A stretch of 64,000 nucleotides of DNA. It comes from Octopus vulgaris (Eukaryota). The stretch's first letter is position 1. Each line of letters starts with the position of its first letter. The stretch lies in NCBI GenBank assembly GCA_951406725.2, contig OX597842.1, positions 4,030,001 to 4,094,000 of the forward strand, in the 5' to 3' direction. Below are positions 13,722-27,687 of the stretch, piece after piece. The position numbers and the translations under genes are program-made. The notes below the pieces were generated by a model. The model saw only the letters and a list, made by a program, of their open reading frames with translations. It did not search any database and had not been told where the DNA came from.

Positions 13722-13950
13722 TATCAGGAACATCCTCGTGAGCATCAGTGTCGCCGCCGTCGGCGTCGTCATGGCAATTGTCTTGTCTTTCCTTGTCCTT
13801 ACAAAGTACATTCCGTAATTATAACCACCTCTATCCCCGCCTTCCAACCCCACTCCACCACCACGACATACACTCCCTACACACCACCACCGCCACCATC
13901 ACCATCACCAGTACCATCATCACCAACACCAACACCGCCAGCATCCGCCA
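12990..13950. repeat. (GAT/GGT/CAT/CAC)n low-complexity tract
   Basis: Directly visible trinucleotide runs. Confidence 0.93.
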
Positions 13951-14185
13951 GTACAGGCAACGTCCGGAAGTTGGGTGTCACGCTGAACTCTCTGATAAAC
14001 TCCCATCATGCATTTCGCCCAGATCAGCGAAAGATAATACGGACCAGCGGTTGGTTAACAAACTTCGCTTCTCCTCCGCGTTTCGCTTCATTGATTCCAA
14101 TTGTCATTTCTGCTAATTGATGAAATCTGTCCGTGTGTCGCTCACCGTGCAATATCTGTACTGTGTGGGTATGTGTGTTTGTATG

Positions 14186-14247
<62 letters not shown>

Positions 14248-14379
14248 CACACATGCGTGTATGCATATATACATGTATATATGTATGCATGTTTATATGT
14301 ATATATGTATATATGTATATATGTATGTGTGTATATACTCATATGTGTTTATATGTTTCTCTGTGGGTGATGACGGTGA

Positions 14380-14413
<34 letters not shown>

Positions 14414-14426
14414 GGTGGTGATGATG

Positions 14427-14458
<32 letters not shown>

Positions 14459-14531
14459 GATCGCGTGTAAATGTCTGTACGTACGGCTGTATATATGTAT
14501 GTATGTGTGTGTATATATATATATATATACT

Positions 14532-14619
<88 letters not shown>

Positions 14620-15451
14620 TATATATATAGATATATATATATTTGTACGTATATTTGCATGTGTGCGCGAGCTTTAATTTGTATGCATGTGTGTTTCTGT
14701 TTGTATATACGTGTATATGCATATGTTTGTACGTATGTATATATGTGTGTGTGTATTTGTACATATATTTACATGTGTATGTGTGCGCGAGCATCATTTC
14801 CTATGCGTGCATGTCTCTGTGTGTATATGTGTATGTTTCAAATAGCGCGTCGGTGATTTTTGTGAAAATATCTGTACATATATATATATATGTATATATA
14901 TATATACATACATGTACGTATATGTGTATAAATATACATGTGTATGTGTGTGCGAACGTTATTTTGTATTTGAACGTGCGTGTCCCCGTGTGTATGTACG
15001 TGTATTTCGGGAGTAATGGGCGATTTTGAGAAAATATCTGTAGATGTTGATGTAAATGTATATGTATATATATGTGTATATTTATGTGAATATGTGTATA
15101 TGAATGTATGTTTACATGTGTATGTGTACATACATATATATATTTATTTATTTGCGTGTATGTGGATGTATATGGGATTATGGGTTTATGCGTGTGTTTG
15201 CATGTGTGCGTGTGTGAATATGTGCGAGTACGTGCAGATGTTTACGCGCTTACTTGTATATATTTATTCAAGGTAATCTATATGCATATACGAGTGTGTG
15301 TCTATATGATTATGTGTACACGTGCGTATAAATGTATACGTATGTGTATGTCTATATATGTGTGTGTGTGTGTGCGTGTATGTATGGAAGCGTATGTGTG
15401 TGTCTATGTGAGTATATATATATATGTATATATATATGTGTGTGTGTGTAT

Positions 15452-15489
<38 letters not shown>

Positions 15490-15739
15490 GTATATATATA
15501 TATATATATAGATAGATAGATAGATATATAGATAGATAGATATATACATATATATGTGTGTGTGTGTGTGTGTGGCTGCCCCCTTGTTTTCGAGTATGGC
15601 CATTGCACGAAGCTTAATCAATATTGTTATCGTACAATGCCTGTGCAAGAAGATTTTTTTTTTAAAGTGAGTCAATCCCTCTCACTAAGCAACAGCAGCC
15701 ATAATCCGAAAAGAAGAACAAGTCAACATCATCGGTAAC

Positions 15740-16082
15740 CACTGAGCCGCAGGTTTTATGTCGGAGTTATCCCAGATACCTGAGTTACCTTCTCCTAGAA
15801 GGATGCTCTAACAAAGGCTAGGAGTCCTTCACTCCCAATGGTTTAACCGCGCGATCGGGTATTCATTCCGATTATTTCTATGTCCCCGCGCATGAAACAG
15901 CCTTAAGACATTTATTGGCTCTCAAGAGTTCCTCCGCCCTTTGACGGGTTTTGTTTTTCATCCCGCAGGGTGTCCAATAAACACTCTCCTCACCAAGCAA
16001 GCTTGGTGGGGTTGCCGGTTTAGTCGCCGACGACCCGACCATGCAACAGGTTGTACTGGGTTACATGTTATCAGTAGCACTC
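15740..16082 (-). mobile_element. RTE-clade 5' UTR-like fragment with candidate HDV-like ribozyme at its 5' end
   Basis: Minus strand contains ctaggagaaggtaactc, resembling an RTE 5' UTR motif (recalled). A nested double-pseudoknot-like pattern lies at 16015-16072. Confidence 0.5.
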
Positions 16083-16084
16083 AA

Positions 16085-16330
16085 TAGTAAAGTTTATTTG
16101 CCAACATAACGTAGCAGTCCTATACAAGGACGATGTTACTGTCTTTTAGCTCCAGGAAACCGTCTTTTCCTATAGGCTACTGAAACACAGTTTTTGCTCG
16201 TGTAGCATATGGAAGGGAGGGGATTGCTCCCATCTCTAGCTTTACGTGATACTCAAACACCTAGGTTTCTGAGTAGTTACTCCCCCTCAGTGTGAGACAA
16301 TCACCGGGCTTTGATAGAGGCCTACACCAC
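16085..16330 (-). mobile_element. Diverged relative of the 34748 fold-back arm, with a decayed hammerhead (16252-16296)
   Basis: Shares tgttactg...ttttagc(t/c)ccagga and gtgatac...aatcacc with 34748-34965. Reverse complement CACA CUGAGGG GGAGU aacu ACUC A GAAAC CUAG GUG. Confidence 0.6.
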
Positions 16331-16351
16331 TTGCAAATACTATATATATAA

Positions 16352-16745
16352 GTGCAGGCATAGTTGTGTGTTGAGAGGTTTGCTCCTCAACCACATAGTT
16401 CCGCGTTCGGTCCCACTGCATGGAGCCTTGGGCAATTGTCTTCTACTATAGCCTCAGGCCAACCAAAACTTTGTGAGTGGATTTGGTAGATGGAAACGGA
16501 AAGAAAATCATCGTATAATATATATATGTATATGTGTATGTGTGCGTGCGTGCGTATGAAAGCGTGTCTTTGTGTCTGTGTTTGTCCCCTCCACCACCGT
16601 TTGACAACCGGTGTAAGTGTATTAATCTGCCCCATAACCTAGCGGTCCGGCAATAAGTACCCCGTTTGGGGTCGTTTCGTTCGACTAAGATTCTTCAGGC
16701 GGTGCCCTAACATGGCGCAGTCTAACGACTGAAACAAGTGACAGA
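16352..16745 (+). mobile_element. SINE-A, diverged full-length copy
   Basis: Head, CORE-like block, microsatellite and tail all present. Confidence 0.85.
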
Positions 16746-16951
16746 TATGAAAGCGTATGAGAGTCCTTGTGCGTGTGCAAGAGAGAGCGAGACAGACAGA
16801 CAGAAACAACGTATGTGCACACGTGTTTGTCGGTGTTTATGTATGTATATATGTATGTGTGTACGTGCGTGGTGTGTATGTTAGCGCGTACGTATGTTTC
16901 TGTATTCGCTCATGTGTATACAAGCGTTTGTGCAGTTATATACGGCTGCTT

Positions 16952-17183
16952 AAGGCGGCGAGCTGGCAGAACCGTTAGCACGCCGGGCGAAATGCGTAGC
17001 CGTATTTCGTCTGCCGTTACGTTCTGAGTTCAAATTCCGCCGTGGTCGACTTTGCCTTTCATCCTTTCGGGGTCGATAAATTAAGTACCAGTTACGCACT
17101 GGGGTCGATGTAATCGACTTAATACGTTTGTCTGTCCTTGTTTGTCCTCTCTGAGTGTAGCCCCTTGTGGGCAATAAAGAAAT
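16952..17183 (+). mobile_element. SINE-B full-length with 16-bp target-site duplication
   Basis: TSD ttatatacggct(g/t)ctt at 16936-16951 and 17184-17199. Confidence 0.93.
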
Positions 17184-17744
17184 TTATATACGGCTTCTTG
17201 TGAGACTATTTGCAAATATATACGTGTCTGTGCATATCTGTACTTGATATATTTTCTGTGAGCATGCGTACGTTTGTGGATGTGAGTGTATATAAGTGTA
17301 TGTATAAATGTGTGTTTATATGACTGAGACTTTCAAGGGTGTGTGTATATATGTGTGTATATGCGTGCTTCTGCTTGTATCAGTTTGTGTGTATGCCAGC
17401 GCTTAAGAATATTTCCGTGTCTGTGTACGTACCTATATAGCTTGTTCATAAATTATATTTACAACTTCCTTAACGTATTCTTTCAAATTGTAAAGGTAAT
17501 TTATGTACTCGATGCCTCTATGCCTGAGTTTCGTTGTATTTGTGTGTACGTGTGATTTTATGCGTGTGTTTAGGTGTCTATATGTGCTTTTGTGTATGTG
17601 TATTTAATATGTACGTATTTAGCTGCATATATCTCAATGCGTGTGTATATGTATCTGTATGTGCATTATGTGTCTGTGTAAGTATGTTTAAATATGTATG
17701 AGTCAACATATGCATATGTACCAGTTTGTGTATGTGCTACTGTG

Positions 17745-17818
<74 letters not shown>

Positions 17819-18054
17819 TGTCTGTCTGTGTGTGTGTTACATTAAAACAATTATCGAAAATGTTGCCGACTAAATTACACAAGATATGCAAATAGGACAC
17901 GTGACTGCTCGCTTCCTGTGTGGCTAACTTCCGGCCATCGCTTTCCAAATATCGTGTCTTTGAATTCTAAATGTTGTTGTTATGTCGTAACTACATACAT
18001 ATATACACCTAATGTGAGTGACTATATATACATATACATATATGTGTGTGTATA

Positions 18055-18070
18055 TATAATAATAATGATG

Positions 18071-18163
<93 letters not shown>

Positions 18164-18179
18164 ATGATGATGATGATGT

Positions 18180-18249
<70 letters not shown>

Positions 18250-18283
18250 AATAATAGTAATGATGATGATGATGATGATGATG

Positions 18284-18343
<60 letters not shown>

Positions 18344-18358
18344 TTAATAATAATAATC
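18055..18358. repeat. (AAT)n/(GAT)n microsatellite
   Basis: Directly visible. Confidence 0.97.
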
Positions 18359-18782
18359 AATGTACATATCTTTTTTATCTAGTTTCAGCTCACAAGCTGT
18401 GGCCATGCCGGGGCACCGCCATTTATGTGTGTATACAGAGACAAAATGTATGTGTACAGACACACACATAGAGGCGGAGAAGCGAAACAGAGAGGCAAAA
18501 ATTATATAATTATGTAGACAAAAGCGTATATATTATTGTGTGTATATAAATATGTATGTTTACTTATATGTTTGTGTGTATATGTCTATGCATCTTTTTG
18601 TGCGTGTGTGCGTGTGTGTGCCTGGGCATAGCGTTTCGGCAATTGGAGAACGATAAAATTGAGTGTCAGTCAGAAGTATGTATGGGTGAAGATGTCATAT
18701 TCGAGAAAATACTCCAATGTGGTGCCCCAGCATGGTCGCAATTTTATATCTAAATCGTGCAACAGAATAAAATACCTTATAT

Positions 18783-18876
<94 letters not shown>

Positions 18877-18934
18877 TTATATTTATATACATGCACACAT
18901 GTTTGTACATATAAGTATATATATATATATATAC

Positions 18935-19024
<90 letters not shown>

Positions 19025-19144
19025 CAGTTACATATTTAATTTATTGTGAGAGAAGCAAATCAGTTAAGTGGATTCAACATTATGTTTGGAAGTTGCTTTT
19101 ACTGTAAATGTCACGTTTAAATGGTTAAATGCTTATAGCATATG

Positions 19145-19289
<145 letters not shown>

Positions 19290-19382
19290 ATATATATATA
19301 ACTTGTTAATAAAAACGTTACGTTAAGTTACTTAATAAATGAAAAAAATGTATTGTATATATACAAACGAAAAGTAAAAAAT

Positions 19383-19777
19383 GTACAACGTGTACCGGGT
19401 GCACGACCGAACGTGAGACGGACAGAGAAGGTCCTTAATTCTTCATCAGTTATCAACCAGATGGTATGACTCAGTTTCGTACCGTTAAGGATAAGACTGA
19501 GAACTTCCCATGATGGAAAGTTGCGGAGAATATGAGACCGAGAGTAAACAAAACAATACAGAGTGGAAATGCGATTGTGAATAAATGTGATTCAAGACGA
19601 TGGACAAAGACGGAATAAGTTTAGAAGTTCTCAGTCTTATCATTAACGGTTCGAAACTGAGTAATACTGTGAGGTTGATAACTGATGAAGAATTAGGGAC
19701 CTTCGCACCCTGACTTATATTAACAGTAAGTTTTTCTATATACATCCGTGCGACTCCATTTCTTTTCTTCACCCTGT

Positions 19778-19831
<54 letters not shown>

Positions 19832-20563
19832 GCCTTTCTCCTTTTCCTTTTCCCCTTCATCCATTCCCGAGATTTCTCTCAATCGTTCTCTCTGTCTCTC
19901 TCACTCTCTCTCACTCACTCTCTCTCTCACTCTCTCTCTCTCTCTCGCCCTCTCTCTCTCGCCCTCTCTCTCTCGCCCTCTCTCTCTCTCGCCCTCTTAC
20001 TGTATTTCTAGCCTTTCTCCTTTTTCCTTTTTCCCCTTCATCCATTCCCTAGATTTCTCTCTGTCGTTCTCTCTGTTTCTCTCACTCTCTCTCACTCTCT
20101 CTTGGCCTCTCTTTTCTCTGCCTGCTGCTGACACGTGACCCATGATCAACCCTTCTTCTTCGTCTCCCTTTTTCACACCGGTCGCCTAGCTGACCGATGG
20201 TATATGCTCTCTGTCCCACTGCCTTGCTACTTTTGTAATCCTTTAGGATGCCTTCTAAGCATTACCTATAATTCTTGTCTTTTTGGCCCTAAGGCTATAT
20301 TTTGCTCGTTTCTTACTTATTCCGTCTTTGTTCATCGTCTTGAATCACATTTATTCACAATCGCATGTCCACCCTGTATTGCTTTGTTTACGCTCGATCT
20401 TATATTCTCCGCAACTTTCGCGGGCAACGCCATCATGGGAAGTTCTCAGTTTTAACCTTAATGGTGCGAAACTGAGTCATACCATCTGGTTGATAACTGA
20501 TGAAGAATTAAGGACTTTCTGTGTCCGTCTCCCGTTCGATTGTACACTCGGTATCCGTTGTAC
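19383..20563. mobile_element. Large fold-back element: ~240-bp inverted arms around a CT-rich spacer, with a third partial copy at 19624-19705
   Basis: 19383-19620 is the reverse complement of 20314-20563. Each copy carries CGAAA-N25-CTGATGA. Confidence 0.88.
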
Positions 20564-20844
20564 GTTGATATCAATTAATTCAGCATCAAATCAGCGACAC
20601 CAACCCAGCCACGCCAAAAGAGCGGCGACAAAACGGCTGAACGAAAACGTCTCAATATAACATATCAGAACAGTAAAAATTATGATAATTTTTGTCTAAT
20701 GACCGAAACAAACAGAAGATAAAAGGTAAATTTACGAGCAGCTGTCATCCACCATTTGTGGACGATGAAGTCGACACACGCATGGGGACGTGAAGTGAAT
20801 CTTTCGGGCGGTTACGTTGATCAGTGTGAGAGAGGAGAAGCGTT

Positions 20845-21475
20845 AGATGTATAAAGCAGTTGTACTGCTAACACTAACGTTTGCCTGAGAGACTTGGATG
20901 GTTTACGAACGCCATACTAAAAGGCTAAACCGCTTCCTGATGAACTGCCTGAGAAATCTGCTGAAAATCACCTGGCAAGGCAAGGTCCCAGACACGGAGG
21001 TCCTCTCTTATACCGATCTATCAAATATTTACACCTTACTGGGAGGAGCGCAGGTCAAGTAGGCATGCCACCGTTCGAATGTTTAAAACACTCTTTTTCT
21101 TAAGGGACTGGCTTGCAGCGTGGCGGAATCAAGATCCCGCAAGGTGAATAAAACGCTTCAAGGATACACACAAAGCCTTACTGAAGAGCCTTCAGATCAA
21201 ACCCAACAGCTGGGAAATGCATGCACAAACCGCCCTGCCTGGTGAAGCTGCTCCAACAGAGGTGCCCCCTGCTATGAACAGAACAGTATTACAGGTGCAT
21301 AAGGAAAACTCGAACTACGAAACTCCAGAACCAACCCCTTGCCTTCGTTCCCAGCAGACCACCAGAACCCGAACTGAGCATGCATCGAACTGTTTCGTCA
21401 CAGCCGGACACACCGTGCCTTCTTCTTCTCCCAGGTGGTGTCCTTGATCATCGTCGACAACGACGGAAGAACTAA
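20845..21475 (+). mobile_element. RTE/BovB-like LINE 3' fragment (decayed)
   Basis: YKAVVLLTLTFA*ETW..YERH.KRLNRF.MNCLRNLLKITWQGKVPDTEVL; tail atcgtcgacaacgacggaagaac. Confidence 0.85.
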
Positions 21476-21477
21476 TA

Positions 21478-21680
21478 AAGCCGTTATAAAAGATTCAAGA
21501 ATTCTTAAGATCTTTCTAGAAATTCCATAGGACTTTAGCTTGTAGGGCTGACCAACGAGCCAAATCTTGTGGTATGCTTCCAATATGTGAAAAACGGCAA
21601 AGCTTACATCGCCTATAGTTATCTGAAGTACAAAGGAACCGTTCGGTTATTATAATCATATCAGCCAAAGAGCGCCAAGC
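21478..21680 (-). mobile_element. CR1/Jockey-group reverse transcriptase fragment
   Basis: EAYHKIW..G..YKLKSYGISRKILRILESF resembles the AFDkVwH.gLl.KL..YGI.G...wi.sF region. Confidence 0.55.
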
Positions 21681-21783
21681 ACGAAACCTATAATATTTGT
21701 TTATAACAAACCAAGTTTATTTCGTTCATTCGAATGCCCACCCGTCTCTCACCACCCCTCTCCCTCTCTCTCACTCTCTCTTT

Positions 21784-21827
<44 letters not shown>

Positions 21828-22040
21828 CTCTCTCTCTCTCTCTTTCCCCTTCTCTCTTTCTTTCGCTCTCTGCCTGTTTGCCTGTCATTTTCTCTCTCCT
21901 TCTCTCCCTTCACGTCTCTTAGTCGCTGCTTCTCTCTTTCCTTATCTCCCTCCCTCTCTCTCTCTCCCTCCCTCTCTCTCCCCCCTCTCTCTCCCTCTCT
22001 TCTCACTTCTCCCTTTCTCCCTCCCCCACCCGCCCTACTC

Positions 22041-22096
<56 letters not shown>

Positions 22097-22471
22097 ACTC
22101 TCTTTTATCTTATTCCCTTCACACTGAATATCATATACTGTCTCCGCTCATATTCTCCTACCAAGACACTAAATCAACTTCCTGCTTATGATATTAAAAA
22201 TTAAGATTTCAAAACCGTGAAAACTTACTCTAAACTCAAATAACTAAGAGTCGAGCGTTTCCTGCGGCGGTGATTTTTTTCAATGCTATTATAGACACGT
22301 CCATACCACCATTCTTCCAAACATACATATATACATACCTACATGCATACATGTGCATACACACGCACACACGCACACATAAACATACTACACAAACACA
22401 TATACATGTATGCATATATACATATGAGTATATAGACAGAGACAGAGACAGACCGATAGACAGACAGACAC

Positions 22472-22592
<121 letters not shown>

Positions 22593-22609
22593 ATGACAGA
22601 CAGATAGAG

Positions 22610-22642
<33 letters not shown>

Positions 22643-22653
22643 ACCAGACAGAC

Positions 22654-22788
<135 letters not shown>

Positions 22789-23011
22789 CAGATAGGTAAA
22801 ACACTATTCGGTCCGCTGTCACCCGTTTAAAATTAATGAAAAGGATTTATATGATTTATATTAAACTAAAAAGATGAAACGAAATATTTCAACGATGTTT
22901 ATTAAAAACGATAAAGAAAGACTTATTCGTTTCAAACAGCTTGCCCCAAATTTACAAGAAACCGAAGAGATATATATATATTAGAATCGATCAGACGAGA
23001 TCTAAAACGAA

Positions 23012-23078
<67 letters not shown>

Positions 23079-23251
23079 TATTGAACATTTGTTCCAATAC
23101 CCTGTTGAAATTTGAAGGAAGCCAACGTATTAAAATCGCGAAACGCCATCTTTAAAATGTTGTATATTTAAAGACTAACTCAATAAACAAATGCGGTGAT
23201 ATCTTTAAAACAGTTTATTAAAAATAATAAAACACTTATACATACATACAT

Positions 23252-23663
23252 AGGCGCAGGAGTGGCTGTGTGGTAAGTAGCTTGCTAACCAACTACATGG
23301 TTCCGGGTTCAGTCCCACTGCGTGGCATCTTGGGCAAGTGTCTTCTGCTATAGCTCCGGGCCGACCAATGCCTTGTGAGTGGATTTGGTAGACGGAAACT
23401 GAAAGAAGCCTGTCGTATATATGTATATATGTATATATATGTGTGTGTATATGATTGTGTCTGTGTTTGTCCCCCTTGCATTGCTTGACAACCGATGCTG
23501 ATGTGTTTACGTCCCCATCACTTAGTGGTTTGGCAAAAGAGACCGATAGAATAAGTACTGAGCTTACAAAGAATAAGTCCCGGGGTCGATTTGTTCGACT
23601 AAAGGCAGTGCTCCAGCATGACTGCAGTCAAATGACTGAAACAAGTAAAAGAGTAAAAGAGTA
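23252..23663 (+). mobile_element. SINE-A full-length
   Basis: GGCGCAGGAGTGGCTGTGTGGTAAG head through to GTAAAAGA tail repeats. Confidence 0.93.
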
Positions 23664-23712
23664 ATACATACATACATACAGACAGAAAGACAGACAGACA
23701 GACAGACAGACC

Positions 23713-24242
23713 TGATGCAGAAAGGGAAAGAAACGCAGAAAAGCATCAAAATGCGAAAACCAATGCAGACTTTGTGGAGTTAACACCGAAATTATCACCG
23801 ACATTATAAGCAGTTTTCTGGAAATGTCATGGCAGTATTATCTACCGATGAGACATGATGTTATGGCTAAGACACTGTATAATGAGATCCGTCGTAAGAA
23901 TAACCCTAAGGCTAAAGAAATAAGAACCCACTGTGTGGTAGAAGTTATAGTCATTTATAATAAGAAGGAGTACAAGTGAAATGTCCCAGTGAAAACCTAA
24001 ATAAAATGGAAACATACTAAACTTGACATAGTGATTTAAGATGGAAAAGAAACACTGCATGCAGCTGTGGAAATTAGCTGCGCAGGAGTGGCTGTGTGGT
24101 AAGTAGCTTGCTTACCAACCACATGGTTCCGGGTTCAGTCCCACTGCGTGGCACCTTGGACAAGTGTCTTCTACTATATAGCCTCGGGCTGACCACAGCC
24201 TGTGAGTGGATTTGCTTGACAGAAACTGAAAGAAACCCGTCG

Positions 24243-24298
<56 letters not shown>

Positions 24299-24960
24299 TG
24301 TGTGTGTGTGTGCTTGTGTGTGTTTGTCTCCCAACATCGCTTGACAACCGATGCTGGTTTGTTTATGTCCTCGTCACCTAGCAGTTCGGCAAAAGAGACC
24401 GATAGAATAAGTACTAGGCTTACAAAGAATAAGTCCTGGGGTCGATTTGCTCGACTAAAGGCGGTGCTCCAGCATGGCCACAGTCAAATGACTGAAACGA
24501 GTAAAAGTGTAAAAGAGAGAGAGTATAAGATGTGAACATAAGACTAGCGAACGAGATCTTCGAATAAAAAAATCTGCGCTAAGCTACTAAGAAATCTGCA
24601 GTTTTTGTACCCGGATTACAAGTTCAGATTCATACCTGCAATTATTGGGATATGTAACACACTGCCTAAGTACTAATCTTGAGAAATTAAGCTTCTCAAA
24701 ACCAGAAACGAGAAAGCTGATTCGAAGACTACATATCGAAGCAATCACTGGAACTGACAAAGTCTGTGAAACTTCCCAGAAGTTTATCATTTGAATAAAG
24801 ATGCGAATGTCTAGACATGCAACTATACGGATGAGAAAACATACATAAAACAAAACGTACAAATCTACAAGAGCACTGGCTCCATATACAGCACATATAC
24901 ACACATGCATGCAAAAATACCCTGTTGATGTTGAAATCCAATGAAGGAGTCTTCGCTCTT
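23713..24960 (+). mobile_element. R4/Dong-like RLE-type non-LTR element 3' fragment, split by a SINE-A
   Basis: CRLCG..E.I..IIS....YYLPMRHD, then (P)DIVI...VEISC, then after the SINE LLRNLQFLYPDYKFRFIP.IIG. This is a zinc knuckle plus PD-(D/E)xK restriction-like endonuclease pattern. Confidence 0.75.
24079..24527 (+). mobile_element. SINE-A full-length inserted in the RLE element
   Basis: Family match; the host reading frame resumes afterwards. Confidence 0.92.
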
Positions 24961-25196
24961 TCTATATTGGCAAGGATATACGTATTAGTGAATAACGATA
25001 TCCAAGCCACCACTGGAAGAGTACAAAATTGCAAACCTTTTCAGAAGATAGATAGATGGATAGACAGAGAGAGAGAGAGAGAGGGAGAGAGAGAGAGAGA
25101 GAGAGAGAGAAAGGGAGAGAGATGGATGGATGGATAGACAGAGACACAGACAAACAAAAAGATAGAAAGATAGAAAGATAGATAGATAGATAGATG

Positions 25197-25345
<149 letters not shown>

Positions 25346-25500
25346 ACAGAGAGATAGACAGGTAGATACATAGAGAGCGCGAGGCAAACGGACAGATAGA
25401 TAGATACATACATACATACATACATACATACATACATACATACATACATACATACATACATAGACATACAGACAGATACACATATACATGCAATCACACA

Positions 25501-25537
<37 letters not shown>

Positions 25538-25902
25538 TGATTTATATGTTTACATTCTAAAAGAGCATTGAAAAACTCCCCCAGCGACCAAATCTAAACG
25601 AATCCAAAAGATCTGGGGACAAAGAGAAGAAACTGGGATTGGGGTGGGGGAACGAGCGACCGCAGATAAGAGGGAGTGGGTGGACACTCATCGACCGAGC
25701 GAGAAAAAGAGTGAGAGACAGCGGGGAGAAGATGGGAGACTATTATATCGCGTTTGACCTTTAAAACGAGGCTTCAACATAGACTTGAAGTTGAAAACGA
25801 GACAGATCGTCTGCATATGTTTCAAGCCATCATTTCTAGCTGTCTTTCTGTCAATTTGTGTCTGTTCCTCATTCTATTTATTTTTCTGCGTGTATCTATG
25901 TA

Positions 25903-25963
<61 letters not shown>

Positions 25964-26419
25964 CGGTGCCCGGTTGTCTGCTGAAGTGTTTGTTTCTTTT
26001 CCAACCTATCTGTTCCGTCTTTGAAATGCTTCCATCAATCCTGGGGTACCTAGCTAACTCAGCTATTCGCCCATCAATCTCAACCTGGATATATCTAGTT
26101 ATCTCGCCTCTTCTTCCTCCGACCCACCTTCACTATACACACTCTCCGACACACATACACACACAGACGCACACATGTATATGTTTTGTATGTATGTATG
26201 TATGCGTGTATGTATGTATGTAAAAAATCATGTATGTATAAAAGAATGTGTGTGTATGTGTGTGTGTGTGTGTGTGTTCAAAACGAAAATTGATTGATAT
26301 ATAAACGTATAGATAACTAGTGAGAGAAAGGCAGACAGACAGACAGACAGATAGATAGATAGACGGATGGATGGATAGATAGACAGACGGGTAGATATAA
26401 AGGGATAGATAGATAGATA

Positions 26420-26558
26420 TATTTCTTTACTACCCACAAGGGGCTAAACATAGAGGGGACAAACAAGGGCAGACAAAGAGATAAGTCGATTACATCAAAC
26501 CAGTAAGAAACTGGTACTTTATTTATCGACCCCGAGAGGATGAAAGGCAAAGTCGACC
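26420..26558 (-). mobile_element. SINE-B 3' fragment within (GATA)n
   Basis: tatttctttactacccacaaggggctaaac...aaaggcaaagtcgacc. Confidence 0.85.
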
Positions 26559-26616
<58 letters not shown>

Positions 26617-26797
26617 CAAACATATGCAGGTAATAAAATCAGGGGATAGTCACGTATACAGTCGCATACACACGTATGTTCTCACACTCGGGTATGCTTG
26701 TGTCTGTATATATTGTGCGGACATTTACCCATATATGTATATATTAATTTGCATACGCGTGCGCGTATATATGCATGTAAATATGTTGCACATATAT

Positions 26798-26835
<38 letters not shown>

Positions 26836-26836
<1 letters not shown>

Positions 26837-27142
26837 GGCGCAAGGCTCAGTGGTTAGAGCGTCGATCTTACGATCGTGAGGTTGTGAGTTAGATTCCCTG
26901 ACCGGGCCGTGTGTTGTGTTCTTGAGCAAGACACTTTATTTTCATTTTGCTCCACTTCACTCAGCTTTAAAAATGAGTTGCGACATCGCCTTTTCCTTGG
27001 ATAACACTGGTAGCATGGAGAGGGGAGGCTGGTATCAATGGGTGACTGTTGGTCTTCCATAAACAACCTTGCCCGGACTTTGTGCCTCGGAGGGTAACTT
27101 TCTAGGTGCAATCCCACGGTCAGTCATGACCTGAGGGAGTCT
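26836..27142 (+). mobile_element. SINE-D (tRNA head, TGTGTTCTTGAGCAAGACACTT CORE-like block, distinct tail)
   Basis: A/B-box-like head ggctcagtggttag...gattccc; related heads at 37566 (+) and 51962-52200 (-). Confidence 0.8.
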
Positions 27143-27172
27143 CCCATATATATATATATATATATATATATA

Positions 27173-27687
27173 CTAGCAGTATCGCCCGGCGTTGCTCGGG
27201 TTTGTAAGGGAAATAACTATATAAGCATTTTTAGAGAGTTACTTCCCTTATAGATGCCAATTCGGGCTTTCTTAGCCATTTCTGTTTTGGTGTCTTCAAG
27301 CCATGAAGTCGTTGTTCTAAAAGAACGCTGGTCCCCTTGACAACGCTTTACGACGTTGATTTCCTTACACTCCCTTCCCCACAGCTTCACGAGGGAGGGA
27401 AGAAGGGGGAGAAGCAAACACAGGTGCAGGTGTGACCATGGACGCCAACTCCGCCGCCATCGACACACGAAATATTATGCATTAAAATGGAATAAAAAAT
27501 GATGTTAAATTATTTTTAAAATCGTAGACTCATCGTAGACGCGCGCTAATACTCAGACGGGCTCGATATGAATCACGACTATAAGATACCCGAATTTGGT
27601 TAAACTGCACCGCAAAATGTGGGAGTAGTTAGGAATCTAAATCGAAGGGGACAGACACTCACACAACTACAGTTTTATATATATAGA
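27173..27687 (-). mobile_element. Non-autonomous Helitron
   Basis: Minus strand starts TC(TA)nAAAACTG and ends CCCGAGCAACGCCGGG hairpin plus CTAG, between A and T, with no TSD. Confidence 0.85.

Noticed and set aside
23252-23325. tRNA-like sequence (also 26836, 43158, 61061)
   Set aside because: These are SINE heads fused to repeat bodies, not stand-alone tRNA genes.
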